Source: an uncultured Gammaproteobacteria bacterium (lineage in GTDB: Bacteria > Patescibacteriota > Microgenomatia > UBA8517). From it: a stretch of DNA of 64,000 bases. Location of the stretch: NCBI GenBank assembly GCA_964610395.1, contig CAZSXP010000002.1, positions 10,192 through 74,191 of the forward strand. Reading direction: 5' to 3'. This document shows positions 59,253 to 64,000 of this stretch, piece by piece. Every line of letters starts with the position of its first letter. Positions within the stretch are counted from its first letter, which is position 1. The notes under the pieces were generated by a model, which saw only the letters and a list, made by a program, of their open reading frames with translations, did no database searches and was not told the origin of the DNA. Made by a program: the position numbers and the translations under genes.

Positions 59253-60160
59253 ATAATCCAGTAAACAATTGATACCCAGAGAATAACGGCTGTTAAGAGT
59301 GCTTTATCTGTTAACAAAAGTTTTTCAGGAGCTTCTGATTTACCTTCAAAAATTAAAGCTTCATATCGCATAATTCCAAAAATGACGACAGGGATGGTTA
59401 ACATCATTAGTTTATTAATGGTTGTAGCTCTTGAAACTTCGGCCAAGACTAACCAGAAGTTTAGTGATGCCTTTGGAGATTCAAAAAAAGTATAAAGGCT
59501 CCAACTCATCCAAGTGGCATTACCAAACATTGTGACATAGCTATTTAGAAGCTCTTTTGAATATTTAGTAAGACTTTTTCTTGTTCCTCCATCAACAGCT
59601 TCTAATAAGTTTATTTCAGCCCTTCTTTTTCCAGCAGCAAGAAATAGAGAGGCAGAAACTACACAAAGTAAAAACCAGACTGAAAGATGAGCATTAATTA
59701 CAAATGCTCCAGCGTAGACTCTTAAAATAAAGCCTGTAGCAATAATTAAAATATCAACAACATGTATGTTTTTAAGACCTAAACTATATAAAATTTGTAA
59801 TCCTAAATATATTAAAATTAAAGTAGTAAATATTTGATTTAATGGTGTTGCCAAAACTAGCGACATAAATATAAAACCTAATAATTCAAATACGGCAATA
59901 GAAAGAGGCAACTTGCCTGAAGCAATTGGCCTGTTTTTTTTGACAGGATGAAGTTTATCCGATTTTGCATCTAATATATCATTAAAGATATAAGTTGCAG
60001 AGGTGGCAAAAGAAAAAGAGAAAAAAGCCAAAAGAACATCTTTAAAAAGTCCTGTTTCGTAAAGAGTGCCTGTTAAAAGTAATGCCCCAAAAAGAGCAAA
60101 ATTTTTGACCCAATGAATAGGTCTTGCTATACGAATTATTTGGATCGGTAAGTCAACCAT
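59222..60160 (-). CDS. UbiA-family prenyltransferase (decaprenyl-phosphate phosphoribosyltransferase-like)
   Basis: NDILDAKSDKLHPVKKNRP Asp-rich motif and about 8 TM helices. Confidence 0.55.
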   Translation of the reverse strand: MVDLPIQIIRIARPIHWVKNFALFGALLLTGTLYETGLFKDVLLAFFSFSFATSATYIFNDILDAKSDKLHPVKKNRPIASGKLPLSIAVFELLGFIFMSLVLATPLNQIFTTLILIYLGLQILYSLGLKNIHVVDILIIATGFILRVYAGAFVINAHLSVWFLLCVVSASLFLAAGKRRAEINLLEAVDGGTRKSLTKYSKELLNSYVTMFGNATWMSWSLYTFFESPKASLNFWLVLAEVSRATTINKLMMLTIPVVIFGIMRYEALIFEGKSEAPEKLLLTDKALLTAVILWVSIVYWIIYSGVSVSGI

Positions 60161-61161
60161 AGTATTAAACCTCCTAAAACTAATGATACTCCTATGATTG
60201 TATATAACTTATAAGTACTATTCAAATTGAGAGCTAAAATCCCGAGTATTGCAGTCAGCGACCAATAAACTTGGGATACTTGTTTTTTTGAAAGACCAGA
60301 GTCAAGTAACTTATGATGTAGATGTCCTCTGTCACCCCAGACAGGGGATTTGCCTGACAGAACTCTTCTAATGATGGTATACCCTGTATCTATTAAAGGG
60401 ATACCTAAAACCACAATCAAAGTCCCAACCTTAGTAGTTGAAAGTATTGAAGCAATGGCAAGCATATAACCTGCTAGTGTTGCACCCCCATACCCCGGCA
60501 TAATTTTTTGAGGATATTTATGCCATGGAAGAAAACCTAAAAATGCACCAGCAGTTATTCCTGTTATTAATATAACTGGCCATTGTGTAATATCTGTAGA
60601 ATAATAAAAAGAAAGAGCCGTAATTGTGATGGCTGAAATTATTGTAACCCCCGAAAGCTGGCCATCAATTCCTTTTGCCCCCATGTTTAGCATGTTCATC
60701 ATAAAGACAATCCAAACTAGAGCAAAAATATCAGAAACAATTGGATTTGAAAGGTCAAATATGCCACCAAAAGGGTTAGTTAAAAAAGCTATCCCAATGC
60801 CTGAAGCAATAGGAATGATAGCTGCTAAAAAACCAAGACCTATTCTTAAATAAGGATTTAGATTATATCTATCATCTAAAAATCCCATTATAAAGATTAC
60901 AAATGCACCTAATAAAATTGATATCAAATGTTTATCAATTGGTATAAAAATTAGTGAAGCTACTAGAATTGCAAGAAAAATAGGTATTCCACCGCCTCTT
61001 GGTATTGGTGTTGTGTGTATTACTTTTGGATGCTTATTCTTTTTTGGATCATCCATGATTTTTAACAATTTTGCATATTTAATAACAATGGGAGTAATAA
61101 AATATGAGACTAAAAATGCTACAGATAGAGGAATAAATAAAAGTGTTGTTATTTTTAGCAT
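60136..61161 (-). CDS. polyprenyl-phosphate sugar-1-phosphate transferase (MraY/WecA family, GT4)
   Basis: FLDDRYNL and MLNMGAKGIDGQLSG motifs, 10-11 TM helices. Confidence 0.6.
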   Translation of the reverse strand: MLKITTLLFIPLSVAFLVSYFITPIVIKYAKLLKIMDDPKKNKHPKVIHTTPIPRGGGIPIFLAILVASLIFIPIDKHLISILLGAFVIFIMGFLDDRYNLNPYLRIGLGFLAAIIPIASGIGIAFLTNPFGGIFDLSNPIVSDIFALVWIVFMMNMLNMGAKGIDGQLSGVTIISAITITALSFYYSTDITQWPVILITGITAGAFLGFLPWHKYPQKIMPGYGGATLAGYMLAIASILSTTKVGTLIVVLGIPLIDTGYTIIRRVLSGKSPVWGDRGHLHHKLLDSGLSKKQVSQVYWSLTAILGILALNLNSTYKLYTIIGVSLVLGGLILWLTYRSK

Positions 61162-61165
61162 TTTA

Positions 61166-61552
61166 TTAAAATGAACCGACTAAAAATATTATTTTATAAG
61201 TTGCAACAATACTTAAAATTGCTACTGAAATAGAAGCAAAAGCGAGAGTTTTTTTAAGGTAAACACTGTTTGAAACAACTGATAAAACTGCATTAATAAT
61301 TGTAACTAAAATAGATATTAATGCTGGTAAAATAATATAAATTGATTTAGCAAGTTGATCTTCATTTTTAGGAAGCCCGTAATATAAAGGTATCTCTGGG
61401 GGTAGGACAAACTTGGCGAAAAGTCCTGACAAAACTAAAACACAATTTACTATTAGAGAAATTATAAAAAGATGTCTTAATGGTAATTTTTCAAAACGTG
61501 GGTCAATTTTGATTAAAGGAACTTTTTGTAATTTAATATGAAATTTATTCAC
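61166..61552 (-). CDS. small polytopic membrane protein (hypothetical)
   Basis: 128 aa, 3-4 TM; overlaps neighbours in an operon-like arrangement. Confidence 0.35.
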   Translation of the reverse strand: MNKFHIKLQKVPLIKIDPRFEKLPLRHLFIISLIVNCVLVLSGLFAKFVLPPEIPLYYGLPKNEDQLAKSIYIILPALISILVTIINAVLSVVSNSVYLKKTLAFASISVAILSIVATYKIIFLVGSF

Positions 61553-63032
61553 CTTGATTTATATAAAGCCATATTTGACCTGTGCCAATTTCAGAGATTA
61601 TATAATAATTTTCGTTTACAAAAGTATTAAGCTCAGGGAAGGGAAAAGAATTTGAGGTGATAACTATAAATTTTGGCATTGTTTTAGTTAGCGCATCAAT
61701 TGTATCTTTCTTATTTGAGAAGTCTACAAAGTGGTAGTCAGCAACATACTTTATAGGTGGAAGCCTTCTTGATAAAGAGTAAATTGCAGATGAATCATTG
61801 CTCCAAACAAACACTCTGTCATTTTTTGTAGAGGATTTAGCAAGAAAATCAGCAATTTCATAATTTGATGTAATATAGGGGGAAAAACTATTAAAATATT
61901 CTTGTTTTGTTATTTGTTTAGTGGCAAATTTAATAAATCTTGTATAATAGGAGGCTGTTGGGTAATACCAAAATTTGTAATAGAAAGGAACAAAAAACGC
62001 GATTGTTAATGGAATTACAGTCAAACTTTGTTCTACTGTTTTTAAACTAAACAACATCCCCAAAAGTATTGATAAAGGAGCTAGAGACTGAACAAAATAA
62101 TGAGGGTAAGGACGTTCGGATAAGGTGACAGCGAAAAGCGTAGCTAGTAGCCAAGCTGAAACAAAAACAAATTCTTTTGAAAGTTTTTTTCTTGATAGAA
62201 ATAATCCAATAAACCCTAGAAACATAACAGCAGCCCTAATTAGTAAAGGACTATTTTTTTGCACAAATGATAATTCTACAGTACTTGGTCTCCAACTACT
62301 AACATAGCCAAAGTTTTGTAAGAAAGCTGCAACTAAATATTCTTTAAAACTGCCTGCAAAATAATACCAAACAAAGGTTATTCCAATTGGGATAATAAAC
62401 CCTAATGATAATAGAAATGATTTTTTAATAAATTTAACAATAGTTATACGCTTTAAATAAATCATCCAGAAGGCAATTATTCCTAAAATATCAAACGCTG
62501 CTGGAATTTTGAAAAGGGCTGCAATTGAAATCAAACAACCAGAAATTAACAGATTTTTAAAATTCCTCTTTTTTGATAATAAAATTAGAAAAGCTAAAAT
62601 CACAGGGCCAATCATAAACAACTCAGCATTTACTGTATTGCCTTCAAAAAGTGGAATTGTGGTTAATATTCCAAAAATAATAGTAGATATGTTTTGAAGC
62701 TTTATTTGTTTTGGAAAGAGATGCTTAACTAATTTCCAAAAAATATAAACTGTAGCTAAACTCCAAAAAGCCAAAATTACCTTAAATACAAACAAATTAT
62801 CAGAAATAGCAGCGGTTAAATAAAGTAGGGGTGGTTTATTATCATGTAATCCTAAATAAAGAGGAATTCCTTGTCTTACACCTTGGCCAAGAGCTAAGTA
62901 AATCATTTCATCACCATAATAATATGGCTCAAAAAATGAAGGAATTCTTAATATTAGAAGTATTGCAAAGAAAATCTCAAGCCAAAGGGGAGTATCAATG
63001 ATAGTTATTAATTTGTTATATAATTTTTTCAT
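61545..63032 (-). CDS. GT-C family glycosyltransferase (ArnT/PMT-like, GT39/GT83)
   Basis: N-terminal loop YYGDEMIY (DE motif typical of PMT_2/ArnT) and at least 10 TM. Confidence 0.5.
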   Translation of the reverse strand: MKKLYNKLITIIDTPLWLEIFFAILLILRIPSFFEPYYYGDEMIYLALGQGVRQGIPLYLGLHDNKPPLLYLTAAISDNLFVFKVILAFWSLATVYIFWKLVKHLFPKQIKLQNISTIIFGILTTIPLFEGNTVNAELFMIGPVILAFLILLSKKRNFKNLLISGCLISIAALFKIPAAFDILGIIAFWMIYLKRITIVKFIKKSFLLSLGFIIPIGITFVWYYFAGSFKEYLVAAFLQNFGYVSSWRPSTVELSFVQKNSPLLIRAAVMFLGFIGLFLSRKKLSKEFVFVSAWLLATLFAVTLSERPYPHYFVQSLAPLSILLGMLFSLKTVEQSLTVIPLTIAFFVPFYYKFWYYPTASYYTRFIKFATKQITKQEYFNSFSPYITSNYEIADFLAKSSTKNDRVFVWSNDSSAIYSLSRRLPPIKYVADYHFVDFSNKKDTIDALTKTMPKFIVITSNSFPFPELNTFVNENYYIISEIGTGQIWLYINQGE

Positions 63033-63055
63033 TCCATATTAATAATAACACAAAG

Positions 63056-64000
63056 TTATATCTTTTCAGTTACTTTATACTCAATATATTTCCCAAGCAT
63101 AAGTCTTGTGTGGGCATCAAGACCGGGGAGAGCTGAAAAGAAAAATCCTGCAACAGGCATTAAAATAAATTCAAAAGGCATTAATATTGATCTCCACACT
63201 GAAAGTCCAACAGGCCTTTTTGGTTTGTACACATTATCTATAAAAAACAAAACGAAAAAGAAACCAAGAGAAATAGTTAAAATAATAGATGATAATTTTG
63301 GAACCATAAAACCAAGTGCTGTTCTGCCAAAAGCAGGATTAATAAGTGTTGGTAAGGTCAATCCAATTGTAATAATAAACCAATTAACCGGCCACATAAA
63401 ATGTGCCCAAATAACATGCATTAGCCTTGTTGTTTTATCCCAAAAAGGAATATCTCTATCAATTAAATAATTTCTAATTATCCATGAATCATCAGATGTT
63501 CCCCATGCCCATCTTTTATATTGTTCATATTGGTTTTTCATTGTTTTCCAATGTGTTGTCGATTGCGCAGCATCAGCATGAAGAGGTAAGTATATTGGTT
63601 CAACCTCAAGCCCTCCTTTGACTTTATAATAGGCTTTAAAAAATATACCCCAATCCTCTGGAATTTTGTCTGCATCCCAGTAACCAACTTCGTCTAATAA
63701 TTTGAAAGAAAGAGAATAATTCTGAGCATTAATAAGTCTATCCTTACGCGGTAATTGAGATAAATTCCAGATAGATCCAAAAGTGTTTGGAACTCTTGTT
63801 ATTGCGGGCAGTTTCCAAATATTGTTGTAAAACATTACTGCAGGTTGCCAAAAATGTCTATATCTTGTTGGGCAGTCTAAAAATTTAAAAGAAAGACAAG
63901 CAAAATGGTTTGGGTGATATTTATGATCTGCATCACAACTTGTAACTGTCAGATAATTTATGTCTAACTTCCCTTTGCCTACATAATTTTTTTTAAACCA
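63056..64000 (-). CDS. processive GT2 synthase (QxxRW motif), N-terminus beyond window
   Basis: YEQYKRWAWG (QxxRW), upstream CDADH (DxD-type). The ORF stays open to the window edge on manual translation. Confidence 0.55.
   Translation of the reverse strand, partial: WFKKNYVGKGKLDINYLTVTSCDADHKYHPNHFACLSFKFLDCPTRYRHFWQPAVMFYNNIWKLPAITRVPNTFGSIWNLSQLPRKDRLINAQNYSLSFKLLDEVGYWDADKIPEDWGIFFKAYYKVKGGLEVEPIYLPLHADAAQSTTHWKTMKNQYEQYKRWAWGTSDDSWIIRNYLIDRDIPFWDKTTRLMHVIWAHFMWPVNWFIITIGLTLPTLINPAFGRTALGFMVPKLSSIILTISLGFFFVLFFIDNVYKPKRPVGLSVWRSILMPFEFILMPVAGFFFSALPGLDAHTRLMLGKYIEYKVTEKI

Overview
AT-rich bacterial window with the hallmarks of a small-genome Candidate Phyla Radiation (Patescibacteria)-type organism: many short hypothetical membrane proteins, a fused TsaC-TsaE, DUF4012, and standard genetic code. 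It spans the chromosomal replication origin (dnaN-dnaA-rpmH-rnpA-yidC-jag, with a DnaA-box cluster) and a tandem pair of tRNA-Ser genes. An smpB-tmRNA locus carries a large serine recombinase inserted against the tmRNA 3' end, followed by an island of hypothetical membrane and secreted proteins. The most unusual content is a dispersed type-IV-secretion-like system: an operon of eight tandem paralogous two-TM pilin-like genes plus a large Cys-rich secreted protein with an SLT-like C-terminus, a VirB6-like polytopic protein, a PrgI/VirB3-like protein, a split VirB4 ATPase, and an 878-aa membrane protein with an extracellular HExxH domain. These are interleaved with natural-competence genes (comFC, dprA, yraN, comM), and no relaxase or coupling protein is present in the window. 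A cassette-like toxin-antitoxin region (two MazF-like genes, MntA/HepT, HigA with a start-less HigB, AbiEii with a small partner) contains duplicated leader-plus-start-codon repeats and 23-bp direct repeats. Housekeeping genes include groES/groEL (with an adjacent free-standing LAGLIDADG endonuclease), a ValRS-like synthetase, tsaD, rnhA, L25, L34, and a glycosyltransferase cluster running off the window end. No CRISPR array or rRNA was seen.
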